DNA of 64,000 nucleotides, taken from the NCBI GenBank assembly GCA_007694165.1, contig RECE01000212.1:102538-166537 (forward strand), in the 5' to 3' direction. Source of the stretch: Bacteroidota bacterium (GTDB taxonomy: Bacteria; Bacteroidota; Bacteroidia; Bacteroidales; UBA7960). A program made the translations under genes and the position numbers. Positions 30,660 to 39,883 of this stretch are shown piece after piece; the first letter of the stretch is position 1, and every line of letters begins with the position of its first letter. The notes under the pieces were generated by a model. The model saw only the letters and a program-made list of their open reading frames with translations, made no database searches and was not told the origin of the DNA.

Positions 30660-32000
30660 ATGAAATACAATAGAAAAAATTGGATGTGGGTATTTTTTAT
30701 AAGCATCTTTTTGTTTATATCCTGTGACCCCAATAAAGACCTGTACCACGACCTGGATGAAATGGCAGGGCCCTATAATGAAGAAATTGATTATACAATA
30801 ACACTTACCGACTATGACCGACTTGGCGGCTTTATGCGCGAATATAATGCTTTCAGCGATAGTTTCCCTGCCAAAGAATTTGTCCCCCTGGTCCTGACCA
30901 TGCGCTATCCTACCTTACTGGAAGGAAGTGTGGCACAGGTTACCTTTAACCATTTCCTGCTCTATCCCGATTGGTGGGATGCAGGGTTTGGGTATGTTTT
31001 TACTACTGAAGACTATATTGCGGTTTTCGGAGTCACTGGTTCCCGGTTTTTTTACCCAGATAATCCGGCACGCAATAATATCCCTTTTATGGCTGATGAT
31101 TTATTTCCTGATGCAGATGAGGGTGACAGAGAGAATGTAATTTATGACTTCAGAGTAGGCGGAGAGACTTTCCAGTACCTTGATGTATATGAGTTCGACG
31201 GATCCTCCTGGAGCTGGATTGAAACCATAGAAAACCTCCCCTATGTAGGATATGAACTTGAAGATGCAGATTATAAACACTGGGGCACAGGTATTTCTCA
31301 GTTTAACAGATTCAATGAAAACAATCCGCCAGAGGAGTATTTACCCTCATTTCTGAGAAACCTTTTGCCCTTCGCCGTAGCCGGAGATGAGCAGGTTCTG
31401 CGTTTCAGGTATTTTAATGGTACCCAGACTTTAAACATTAAAGACAAATATCATTTTGCGGACCCCCACTGGGTAAAGGTTCCTTATTTTATTGAAGTTA
31501 CCGAGCAGTATATCTTTGGTGCTGAAGGCTGGGCATTTGATCCTACAATTAGTTTCGTAATGGACAGGGCCGATTATCAATACCTGGTAGACATCGACCC
31601 CATAGGACAGCAGGAATTCGCTTATGCTGATTTTGCTTATTATTACGGGGCAAGTGCATTTTACAGAAATTTTGACATAAGACTGCTTAGCCGCAGGCTC
31701 GACAAACTTGCCAATGGAGAATATGCCGATTCCGCCCTGGCAGAAATATTTAATTCAGAAGGTGCTGAAGCAGCCGTTGATGAAATGATGAGAAGAATCA
31801 ATGAAGAAGGAATCATTGCCCTGCTGCAGCACAAATACCCTGACGCGACTCCAGAGGTGGATGGTATTGAAGTGCTGTTTTTCGTCTCTTATGAAACTTT
31901 TGGAGATAACTGGACGCGAACCAACCCGACCGTTGAGTATCGTTGTGTGGCTGCCGGAACTCCGCCCCAGTTTGAAATTGTTGAAAAAGAGGGAGAATAA
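30660..32000 (+). CDS. Hypothetical surface lipoprotein downstream of the TonB-dependent receptor
   Basis: The start was moved to ATG 30660 (MKYNRKNWMWVFFISIFLFISC lipobox). Acidic and aromatic-rich. No SusD-like TPR pattern is recognised. Confidence 0.55.
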   Translation: MKYNRKNWMWVFFISIFLFISCDPNKDLYHDLDEMAGPYNEEIDYTITLTDYDRLGGFMREYNAFSDSFPAKEFVPLVLTMRYPTLLEGSVAQVTFNHFLLYPDWWDAGFGYVFTTEDYIAVFGVTGSRFFYPDNPARNNIPFMADDLFPDADEGDRENVIYDFRVGGETFQYLDVYEFDGSSWSWIETIENLPYVGYELEDADYKHWGTGISQFNRFNENNPPEEYLPSFLRNLLPFAVAGDEQVLRFRYFNGTQTLNIKDKYHFADPHWVKVPYFIEVTEQYIFGAEGWAFDPTISFVMDRADYQYLVDIDPIGQQEFAYADFAYYYGASAFYRNFDIRLLSRRLDKLANGEYADSALAEIFNSEGAEAAVDEMMRRINEEGIIALLQHKYPDATPEVDGIEVLFFVSYETFGDNWTRTNPTVEYRCVAAGTPPQFEIVEKEGE

Positions 32001-32035
32001 AGTCCTGGTTTCATAACAATCTGAACTTCTCATAT

Positions 32036-32075
32036 AAAAAAGACTGTCTCAATTATCGGGACAGTCTTTTTTTAT
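32036..32075 (+). terminator. Rho-independent terminator
   Basis: Stem AAGACTGTC / GACAGTCTT followed by TTTTTTTAT. Confidence 0.8.
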
Positions 32076-32250
32076 TTGCATGATTTGCTGACAGGTTTAA
32101 TGGATTCGTAAATGCGAAACATGAGACCACGAAGTAGCAGCGAAGCTAAATCTCAAATCTGATAAGTTGCAACTACTCATCAGACCCTATAGCTCCCAAT
32201 TAAAGCGAGCTGGTTGCGATTGATATCTAAAGGAAGAAATATACTTACAT

Positions 32251-32291
32251 AAAAAAAAAACCGCCTCAGAAGCATCTCTGAGACGGTTTTT
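32251..32291 (-). terminator. Rho-independent terminator of the T9SS gene (minus strand)
   Basis: Stem CCGCCTCAGA / TCTGAGACGG. The single C/A mismatch on the plus strand becomes a G-U pair on the minus strand. A run of 10 T follows on the minus strand. Confidence 0.75.
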
Positions 32292-32325
32292 CAGGTTTGG
32301 GGAAATACCCCTTAGCATCTTGAAA

Positions 32326-34596
32326 TTACTTCTGAATCTGCAATTTGTAGTTGAGTACCTGCACACCAGAAACAATCTGCACAATGTAAATGCCTGTTTT
32401 GAGGCTTTCGGTTTCAATGGACACATGCTGACCATTTACCTGCTTGCTTTGGATCAACTGGCCATTGAGGTTGTAAATTCTGATTTGATCCATCGTATTC
32501 TCACCAGTTATGGTAACATGATTGCGTGCAGGGTTGGGATATACACTAAATCCTGCTGCTTCGAATTCCTGAACAGAAGTAGGTTCAAGGAAATCAGCCA
32601 GTGATCTGGGCTGCAATCTGGTTACTTCCCAACGCTGATGCAAAACACCTACAATATCTTTGGGAGTCGTAGGAATATCGGTTTCGAAATAATCCAACAG
32701 ACCAGGTGAATTGGGTGTTCTGATTACACCCTCGCCGGTAGCATCTACAATATAATAAGATTGATTGTGGGTAAAGATTTCTGAATCGGGAAATTCCTCA
32801 TGATCAAAATCGAAGGATACCATTCTTACCACTACCAACCTTCCGGCAATATCCTCAGAAAGTTGATCGAGTGTAACTTCCATGGGTTCAATTACATTGC
32901 CAGTGGTATTGGCCGGACCGGGGTCTTCTGTCAGAATCAATTGAAGCATATTCTGGAAAGTACTCAGGGTTCCGGTCAGATTAACGATACCATCATAATT
33001 GTTATATTCAGTGGTAATCACCGTGGGATTATTACCTTGATCTATAAGGATAGCAGCAGTATTGTCCTGGATATAGATTTGGCCTCTGTAACCCATTTGC
33101 ATATGGGTAATATAAACTTCTCCGGTAATTCTGTAAACGAGATCGCCATCCTCAGGATCCATATCATAGAGTTCAGCAATATTGGCTACTTCGATTGCTT
33201 CAGGAGCTTCTTCAATTTCAATATTGTCGATGTACCAGTTGTGAGAACCTGCGCCTTTGTATGCAAAAGCAATATACACTACTTTTCCTGCATAATCACT
33301 CAGACCCACAATTCGTTCTGTATAATTTTCGATGGGCGAAGCTGCCTCATACACCAGTTGGAAATCTCCATGTTCCGGATTACCACTGCCGGTAGAAATC
33401 ATAACACCACTGAGGCTTTCTCCCGGAGTGTAATTAGGCATAAAGCTGTTTTTCTGGAAAAATGTCAACAGCATTGCCTGATCTTCAGGAAGCTGAATCT
33501 GAGGGCTTACCAGCCATGATTCAGAATGGGCTGCTCCTCTGGCATGCAAAGCTGCATGATTACCATAGGGAGTATCACCTGTTACATTCCAGCTACCTGC
33601 TCCGTAAGCGAAATGTGCCCAGGTTGCAGGAGGTATGGTACCTGCTTCGAAACCTTCATCCCAGGGGAATCCTTCAACCAGGTCGGAAGATATTTCTACA
33701 ATTACAATGGTAACATTTAAATCTTCTTCTGAAACGGTAATGGTTCCCTGACGGGTGTAAAATCCTGCCTTTACAATGGTGTAAGCATGTGTACCTCCGG
33801 GTACATCAGCAAAGAAATAATCTCCTGCTGCATTGGTTTGACCCATAAGGGTAATAACGGCATCGTTAATTATATTGTCTTGCTCATCTGTCACAGTAAA
33901 AGTAACATCATAGGCTGCAAGCGCTTCAAAGTCGGCAGCAAACCTTGCGGAAAAGTAATCGCCGTCATTTCTGGAATTGGGTAGCCCTGTAATATTAAAA
34001 GGACCGGCAGGAATAGGAGTTCCAATATAGTCTACTCCAAAAAAAGTAGTTCTGAAGCTGGCCACATTATCGCCATCAGTAAACTCATAAACCTGGCCAT
34101 TGGCAAAGTTTACGCCCGGATTGGTAAAACTCACTTCGTTAATGGTTATCAGTCGCGACTGGTAATCCATAAAATTGGCAAGATACTCCGCCATGTCAAT
34201 CTCAATAGGTACCACCACATTATTATCTGAAGTTGCAGCTCCCGGATCTTGAGAAGGAACAAACTGCCTCATATTACCAAAAATGCTGATTGTACCGGTG
34301 AGTCCGGTAATACCATCATAAAGGCTATAGGAGGAGGTAATAACTCCAGGGTTGTCATCGATAAGAATACCTCCGGTTTCGTCCTGGATGTATTTCTGAT
34401 TTCGGAAAGTCTGCTGGAATGTCAATACAACTTCACCTGTTAATTCAAAAACAGTTTCGGTACCGAATTCCTGTTCAAGCAACTCCCCCATGGTCGCGAT
34501 GGGGACAATATCTTTCCCTCCTTCTGATGCATAGCTCTGGTAAGAAAACAGGCCGGCAAACATCAATAATAAACTAAAAATTGTAACTTTTTTCAT
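32326..34596 (-). CDS. T9SS-secreted surface protein with two OB-like domains, a CarboxypepD-like domain and a MAM/choice-of-anchor-J-like domain
   Basis: The start was moved to ATG 34596 (MKKVTIFSLLLMFAGLFSYQSYA). There is an internal duplication (ELTGEVVLTFQQTFRNQKYIQDETGGILIDD vs RITGEVYITHMQMGYRGQIYIQDNTAAILIDQ). The C-terminal sorting domain reads VYPNPARNHVTI...GIYIVQIVSG. Confidence 0.75.
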   Translation of the reverse strand: MKKVTIFSLLLMFAGLFSYQSYASEGGKDIVPIATMGELLEQEFGTETVFELTGEVVLTFQQTFRNQKYIQDETGGILIDDNPGVITSSYSLYDGITGLTGTISIFGNMRQFVPSQDPGAATSDNNVVVPIEIDMAEYLANFMDYQSRLITINEVSFTNPGVNFANGQVYEFTDGDNVASFRTTFFGVDYIGTPIPAGPFNITGLPNSRNDGDYFSARFAADFEALAAYDVTFTVTDEQDNIINDAVITLMGQTNAAGDYFFADVPGGTHAYTIVKAGFYTRQGTITVSEEDLNVTIVIVEISSDLVEGFPWDEGFEAGTIPPATWAHFAYGAGSWNVTGDTPYGNHAALHARGAAHSESWLVSPQIQLPEDQAMLLTFFQKNSFMPNYTPGESLSGVMISTGSGNPEHGDFQLVYEAASPIENYTERIVGLSDYAGKVVYIAFAYKGAGSHNWYIDNIEIEEAPEAIEVANIAELYDMDPEDGDLVYRITGEVYITHMQMGYRGQIYIQDNTAAILIDQGNNPTVITTEYNNYDGIVNLTGTLSTFQNMLQLILTEDPGPANTTGNVIEPMEVTLDQLSEDIAGRLVVVRMVSFDFDHEEFPDSEIFTHNQSYYIVDATGEGVIRTPNSPGLLDYFETDIPTTPKDIVGVLHQRWEVTRLQPRSLADFLEPTSVQEFEAAGFSVYPNPARNHVTITGENTMDQIRIYNLNGQLIQSKQVNGQHVSIETESLKTGIYIVQIVSGVQVLNYKLQIQK

Positions 34597-34783
34597 GATT
34601 CTCTGTTTGGTTAGTAATTTTGATTGAATTTGAATTTGAAAGATTGTATCATAACTCTTATTAATGTTCTTCATGGCAAATTTATGAATTTCTTTCAGGT
34701 TGAATAAATATATTCGTTTAAACTTTCATTAATAAAAAATATTCCATCTAATTGCCGGGTTAACTCCTGGCAGAAAGCGGTTG

Positions 34784-34799
34784 TAATTTTGTAACTTTG
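34784..34799 (+). promoter_or_regulatory. Two adjacent -7 promoter boxes (TAATTTTG, TAACTTTG) upstream of recF
   Basis: Both match TAnnTTTG exactly and lie 18-26 nt upstream of the recF ATG. Confidence 0.45.
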
Positions 34800-34816
34800 C
34801 CTTTTAAGTTTTTCCT

Positions 34817-35938
34817 ATGCATATTCACTCCCTTTCGTTGCTCCAGTTTAAAAATTACCCGCAGACAAATCTTGGTTTTGTGCCTGGAATCAACTGCTTT
34901 ACAGGCAACAACGGAACAGGAAAAACCAACATTCTTGATGCGGTTTACTATCTTTCCTTCTGTAAGAGCTTCAGCAATGCTTCAGATATTCATAACATAT
35001 TGTTTGATGAAGAGTTCTTCATTATCCAGGGGCAGTACCGGGTAAATGGTGCTTCAGATGAATTGTATTGCAGCGTAAAAAGAGGTCAGAAGAAAGTGTT
35101 TAAGCGTAACAAGAAAGAGTATGAACGCTTGTCTGATCACATAGGCTCCTACCCTCTTGTATTGATTTACCCCGCAGATGTGCAACTGATACTTGGAGGC
35201 AGTGAAGAAAGGCGAAAATTTGTTGATGGTGTAATCTCACAATACAACAAAGAGTACCTCTATCGTTTGCTGGACTATAACAAGGCACTGCAGCAACGCA
35301 ACAGCCTTTTAAAGATTTTTGCACAAAAGAGGTATTTTGATGAGATTAGTCTTGAGATATGGGATGAACAGCTTCTAATCAACGGTACGTTTATCAACGA
35401 ACAGCGAAGAGCATTTTTTGATGGTTTCCGGGAAGTATTCACACGCAATCACAGCCAACTGAGCGGTAATGCCGATGAGCCGGATATTCTGTATGAATCC
35501 GGGTTGAATGATACCCCCTTTAAAACCTTGCTGAAAGAATCACGCAGGAAAGATCTTGCCTTACAGCATACCACCACAGGGATTCATAAAGACAACCTTG
35601 TTTTTTTGCTCAATGGGCAGCCCCTGAAAAAATTTGGAAGCCAGGGTCAGCAAAAAACTTATGTTATAGCCCTGAAACTTGCCCAATATCAGTTCATAAG
35701 AGAAATCAAACAACTCAAACCCATTTTGCTTTTTGACGACATCTTTGACAAGCTCGATCCCAACCGGGTTTCACTACTTATCAATATGGTAAGTGGTGAG
35801 GATTATGGTCAGGTGTTTATTACAGATACACATACTGAACGCCTGGAAAGTATTTTACAGAAAGTAAATATTCATTGCCGTATGTTTGATATTAAACAGG
35901 GTGAAGTAGCTTCGGTGAAAGACTTTGGCAACGAATAA
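34817..35938 (+). CDS. recF: DNA replication/repair protein RecF
   Basis: 373 aa. Begins LSLLQFKNY, with Walker A GNNGTGKTN, signature SQGQQKT and Walker B LLFDDIFDKLD. Confidence 0.93.
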   Translation: MHIHSLSLLQFKNYPQTNLGFVPGINCFTGNNGTGKTNILDAVYYLSFCKSFSNASDIHNILFDEEFFIIQGQYRVNGASDELYCSVKRGQKKVFKRNKKEYERLSDHIGSYPLVLIYPADVQLILGGSEERRKFVDGVISQYNKEYLYRLLDYNKALQQRNSLLKIFAQKRYFDEISLEIWDEQLLINGTFINEQRRAFFDGFREVFTRNHSQLSGNADEPDILYESGLNDTPFKTLLKESRRKDLALQHTTTGIHKDNLVFLLNGQPLKKFGSQGQQKTYVIALKLAQYQFIREIKQLKPILLFDDIFDKLDPNRVSLLINMVSGEDYGQVFITDTHTERLESILQKVNIHCRMFDIKQGEVASVKDFGNE

Positions 35939-35969
35939 AGACAGAAACAATCTATAAAAGTAAAAGCAC

Positions 35970-36260
35970 ATGAGAAAATCCAACGAACAAAGTCTGGGGG
36001 AAGTAATTCAGCAATTTATCAAGGCCTACAAAATTGAAGATAAAATTACTGAAGTCCAGATAAATTCGGCATGGGGCAAGGTAATGGGAGCCCAAATACA
36101 GAGTTTTACGGAGAAAATTGTATTTAAAGATAAGGTTCTTACGGTTTATCTTCGATCGGCGCCTTTGAGGGAAGAGCTATCCATGGCCAGGACAAAAATT
36201 ATTGAAAAGCTCAATGAGGAAGTCAAGAAAAAAGCTGTAAAAGAGCTGGTATTCAAATAA
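35970..36260 (+). CDS. DUF721-family protein (recF-associated)
   Basis: 96 aa in the usual position after recF, with motif W..VMG......T....FKD..L.V.L.S...R.EL. Confidence 0.7.
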   Translation: MRKSNEQSLGEVIQQFIKAYKIEDKITEVQINSAWGKVMGAQIQSFTEKIVFKDKVLTVYLRSAPLREELSMARTKIIEKLNEEVKKKAVKELVFK

Positions 36261-37191
36261 TTTCAACTTCAAGCCTGCTTTTCCTTATCCGAAGCACACG
36301 ACAGTTAACAGTTTCTGTATTTTTCAGAGTTTCCACCTGTTGTGGTTCAATGAACTGCTTAATGGGTTCTCCATGAGGGTCTTCCAGTACCAGAACATCC
36401 TGAATTGTTCCATCAGAAAAGTTCAATTTATGAATCTCCAGAGGCTTGAAAGCATAGGTCTCATCTTCTTTATACCAGGGATTTTCGGGCTCAAGAATGA
36501 AATACCCTTCTCCGGAAAATTTATCTATCCTGCAACGGATATGCTGCCCTTTCTTAAAGCCATAATGCACATAGTACTTTTTCTTCAGCACGTGACGACT
36601 TCCATCGGTAGCCTCCAGTATAAAATATTTTAACCCATCGGATGGGTTTATTTTCTCGTCTGTAATTAAAAACATACAGGAGCTTCCGGTTTGCAGTGTA
36701 CCTGTCCGGGATGGGCCATTTTCAAGACTTAAATACAGTTTTCCTTTTTTAATCCTATCCAGCCGGCACTGAACTTTCTGCTGGTTTTTAAGAAGATCAT
36801 TGTGTGAATCTACCCTTACTTTCCATTCATACCCCAAAACATCTCTTACCAGCAGGAAATTTTCATCATCCCCGATGATGCTTTTTTGCCTGCCCTCTCC
36901 AACCCGGTCAAAACTATACACTTCCCCTTCAGAATAGTGAGGATGCATTGGCTCCAGAAACATCCTTCCATCGCAATTAATCCTGTCTACCCTGCATTTA
37001 GTTTCCTGCCCGGGCTCAAAGCCATACTTTGTATAGAACCCGGCAGGCATAAGTACTTTATAACCCAGGGGATCCTGCATAACAAAATAAGACTCGTCTT
37101 CTCCCAAAGAAACGGTTTTTAAAATTGTAAAGAGATGGTAGCTTCCTTCGGCAAGGCGGGAGTTAGAGACGGTAAGGTTTCGTATTCGCAT
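36253..37191 (-). CDS. Hypothetical protein built from (A-B)x2 beta-barrel repeats, S1/OB-like (CvfB-like pattern)
   Basis: 312 aa. Four C-R-[VLI]-[DL]-R-I segments: KCRVDRINCDGRMFLEP, QCRLDRIKKGKLYLSL, RCRIDKFSGEGYFILEP and NCRVLRIRKSRLEVEI. The functional call is a guess. Confidence 0.4.
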   Translation of the reverse strand: MRIRNLTVSNSRLAEGSYHLFTILKTVSLGEDESYFVMQDPLGYKVLMPAGFYTKYGFEPGQETKCRVDRINCDGRMFLEPMHPHYSEGEVYSFDRVGEGRQKSIIGDDENFLLVRDVLGYEWKVRVDSHNDLLKNQQKVQCRLDRIKKGKLYLSLENGPSRTGTLQTGSSCMFLITDEKINPSDGLKYFILEATDGSRHVLKKKYYVHYGFKKGQHIRCRIDKFSGEGYFILEPENPWYKEDETYAFKPLEIHKLNFSDGTIQDVLVLEDPHGEPIKQFIEPQQVETLKNTETVNCRVLRIRKSRLEVEII

Positions 37192-37218
37192 TCAGCAGGA
37201 TGGTTTTGGCATATTAGA

Positions 37219-37824
37219 CTAAATATCAACAGATTGAACTATGATTCCTCCCTTTTTGATGATTTGAGATTTCATCTCTTCCCACCCCTTTTCATCAATA
37301 GGCCTTGTGGCATCTTCAATAAGAAAGAGTTTGAAGCCTTGCTCAATGGCATCAAGAGCTGTAAAACCAACACAAAAATCAGCTGCCAGTCCTCCCAGGA
37401 AAACCTCCTCAACTCCCCTACCCTTCAGGTAATCGGCAAGTCCTGTTGACTTTTTCTTACCATTGTCGAAAAATCCACTGTATGAGTCAATTTCCGGGTC
37501 TGTACCTTTGCGAAAGATAGCTTCAACCTTCAACGTATTAAGTTCTTTGGATATCTCAGCTCCTTTTTGCCCCTGAACACAATGGTCAGGCCACAGTATT
37601 TGTTCCATCCCTGCAAGTTCACCCTTATCAAAAGGCGCCTTACCCAAATGTCCTGAAGCAAAGCTCCCATGATTGGCTGGATGCCAGTCTTGTGTGGCCA
37701 CAATAAGCGGGAATTTGTCCTGCAGGTGGTTTAATACGGGAATAATCTTATCTCCATCGGGAACCGCAAGCGCACCCCCGGGCAAAAAATCATATTGAAC
37801 ATCAACCAGAACCAAAGCCTTCAT
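37219..37824 (-). CDS. pncA: Nicotinamidase/pyrazinamidase
   Basis: 201 aa with VLVDVQYDF, the metal site QDWHPANH and the catalytic Cys in LAADFCVGFTALDA. Confidence 0.9.
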   Translation of the reverse strand: MKALVLVDVQYDFLPGGALAVPDGDKIIPVLNHLQDKFPLIVATQDWHPANHGSFASGHLGKAPFDKGELAGMEQILWPDHCVQGQKGAEISKELNTLKVEAIFRKGTDPEIDSYSGFFDNGKKKSTGLADYLKGRGVEEVFLGGLAADFCVGFTALDAIEQGFKLFLIEDATRPIDEKGWEEMKSQIIKKGGIIVQSVDI

Positions 37825-37913
37825 AAGCGTATTTTTAATTTCAAGATGTGGATTGTATTCGCTACCTGTTTGACAATTGTTAGATATCCACTGAATGATT
37901 AGAAAAAAATGAA

Positions 37914-39320
37914 CTATTTATGCTTTAACAGGAGTTCATCTCTTGTTCTTAGCAGTTTTTCACTGATTCCCACTTTGTATATATGTGGAAAATCAAATCT
38001 TTGATGCTCTATGGGCAGAAGATGCAGGCGTTTTTTGAGTCTTTCATTTATTTCCATGGGAGTTTCGGGCTTGTTGTTAATCTCACCGTTTTTCATGGCA
38101 ACATAATACAATTCCTCACATTTAAACCCCTCCAGGCGCATAGATTTATGTTTTTCGAAGGGATTGATCATTACGTCTACATTTACTTCGTCTGCCAATA
38201 CAACGGCATCGCCCATAAACAAACCTTCCCTGTCAAAATACCTGAGAATCTTTTTTTTGCCGGGCAGGGTTGTTTTCTGAAGGTTATCAGAAATTTTCAG
38301 TACCGGAGTATCTTCGATGTAAGCCAGTTTATAAACCCCATCAAGGGCAGCTTCAGGCTTACCGGTTATCAGGCTAGTTCCTACACCAAAAATATCAATG
38401 GGTGCTTTTTGTTCCTGCAAACTCTTAATAACATATTCATCCAGTTGGTTGGAAACGATGATTTTCACATTTTCAAAACCATCATAATCGAGCATATCCC
38501 TGGCTTTTTTGGAAAGATAGGAAAGGTCACCGCTATCGAGCCTGATTCCCTTGAGGTTTTGCCCTTTGCTTCGCATTTCTTTTGCGACTTTAATAGCATT
38601 GGGAATACCACTGGAAAGGGTGTTGTAGGTATCTACCAGGAAAACGCTGTTGTCAGGAAACGAATCTGCATAAGCACGAAAAGCCGATTCTTCATCACCA
38701 AAGCTTTCGATAAAACTGTGGGCCATGGTTCCGGCATGAGGAATACCATATTGTTTGGAAGCCAATACATTGGAAGTACTGTTGAAACCTCCTATTATTG
38801 CTGCCCTGGAAGCTTGCATTGCACCAAAAGATTGTGCTCTTCGAAGGCCAAAATCACTCAAAACCCTCTTACCTGCGGCAAATCTTATCCTGCTTGCCTT
38901 GGTAGCAATGAGCGACTGAAAATTGAGTACGTTAAGCAAAAGTGTTTCAATCAGCTGTGTTTCAATCAGGCTCCCTTCTATCCGGGCCACCGGTTCAAAC
39001 GGGAACACTACGTCACCCTCCCTTACAGCATAGATATCCCCTTTAAATGAAAAGTCTTTCAGATAGTCAAGAAAACGGTTATCGAAACCAATGTCGTTAA
39101 GAAATTCGATATCGGACTCCAGAAACCTCATGTCCTTTATAAACTGAAGAAACTCCTGCAGACCTGCAAAAACAACATATCCGCCTTTAAATGGAATTCT
39201 TCTGAAAAAATAATCAAACCCTGCGGGTTTTGTATGCATTCCGTTGAGAAAATAAGACTGTGCCATTGTAAGCTGATACAAATCAGTATACAATGGAGAA
39301 ACCTGAGGGTTATAAAACAT
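37914..39320 (-). CDS. pncB: Nicotinate phosphoribosyltransferase
   Basis: 468 aa with N-terminal LYTDLYQLTMAQSYF, plus GTMAHSF and SDFGLRRA motifs typical of NAPRTase. Confidence 0.9.
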   Translation of the reverse strand: MFYNPQVSPLYTDLYQLTMAQSYFLNGMHTKPAGFDYFFRRIPFKGGYVVFAGLQEFLQFIKDMRFLESDIEFLNDIGFDNRFLDYLKDFSFKGDIYAVREGDVVFPFEPVARIEGSLIETQLIETLLLNVLNFQSLIATKASRIRFAAGKRVLSDFGLRRAQSFGAMQASRAAIIGGFNSTSNVLASKQYGIPHAGTMAHSFIESFGDEESAFRAYADSFPDNSVFLVDTYNTLSSGIPNAIKVAKEMRSKGQNLKGIRLDSGDLSYLSKKARDMLDYDGFENVKIIVSNQLDEYVIKSLQEQKAPIDIFGVGTSLITGKPEAALDGVYKLAYIEDTPVLKISDNLQKTTLPGKKKILRYFDREGLFMGDAVVLADEVNVDVMINPFEKHKSMRLEGFKCEELYYVAMKNGEINNKPETPMEINERLKKRLHLLPIEHQRFDFPHIYKVGISEKLLRTRDELLLKHK

Positions 39321-39346
39321 CCTTTTTAAGTTTTGCTGAAAATAAA

Positions 39347-39883
39347 TTAGAGTTCTTTCAAGGCTTTTATATGCATGGCATAGTCCCTTTCACTGAAAAT
39401 CACAAGCCGGATTTTCTTCACAAATTTCAGCGAAGGCATTTTGCTATATATGGCCTTCAGAGCAACCGGGGCAGCCTCCTCAATGGGATAGCCAAATACT
39501 CCGGTTGAAATGGCAGGAAAAGCAATGCTGCCAAGTTCATACTCCTCGCATAAATCCAATGCATTGGAATAGCAGTCTGCCAGGTATTTGTCATGGGGTA
39601 CATCTCTGTCGTAAACAGGGCCAAGCACATGAATTACATATTTATTGGGCAGGTTATAGGCTTTGGTAATAACTGCCTGTCCGGGTTTGATAGGCCCTTT
39701 GTCCATGGCCTCTTTTTCCAGTTCTGGCCCGGCAGCTTTATGGATAGCACCCGCCACACCTCCACCAACCCTTAAAAAAGCATTGGCAGCATTGGCAATG
39801 GCATCCATATCTTTTTGCATAACGATATCGCCCAAAGATACTTCAAGGCATGCTTTGCCATGTAATATCTGTTCTTTTTTCAT
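39347..39883 (-). CDS. Macro-domain protein (ADP-ribose / O-acetyl-ADP-ribose hydrolase, YmdB-like)
   Basis: 178 aa with NAANAFLRVGGGVAGAIHKAAG and AFPAISTGVFGYP. The ATG overlaps the NfeD stop (ATGA). Confidence 0.88.
   Translation of the reverse strand: MKKEQILHGKACLEVSLGDIVMQKDMDAIANAANAFLRVGGGVAGAIHKAAGPELEKEAMDKGPIKPGQAVITKAYNLPNKYVIHVLGPVYDRDVPHDKYLADCYSNALDLCEEYELGSIAFPAISTGVFGYPIEEAAPVALKAIYSKMPSLKFVKKIRLVIFSERDYAMHIKALKEL

Noticed and set aside
37983-39050. A 355-aa ORF on the plus strand, antisense to pncB. It is strikingly long for this base composition.
   Set aside because: It is exactly in phase with the pncB codons (both start positions are congruent mod 3). Its stops could therefore only arise from sense TTA, CTA or TCA codons, which this gene avoids. 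The translation is low-complexity and Phe/Cys/Ile-rich, with no recognisable domain or start context. It is a shadow ORF.
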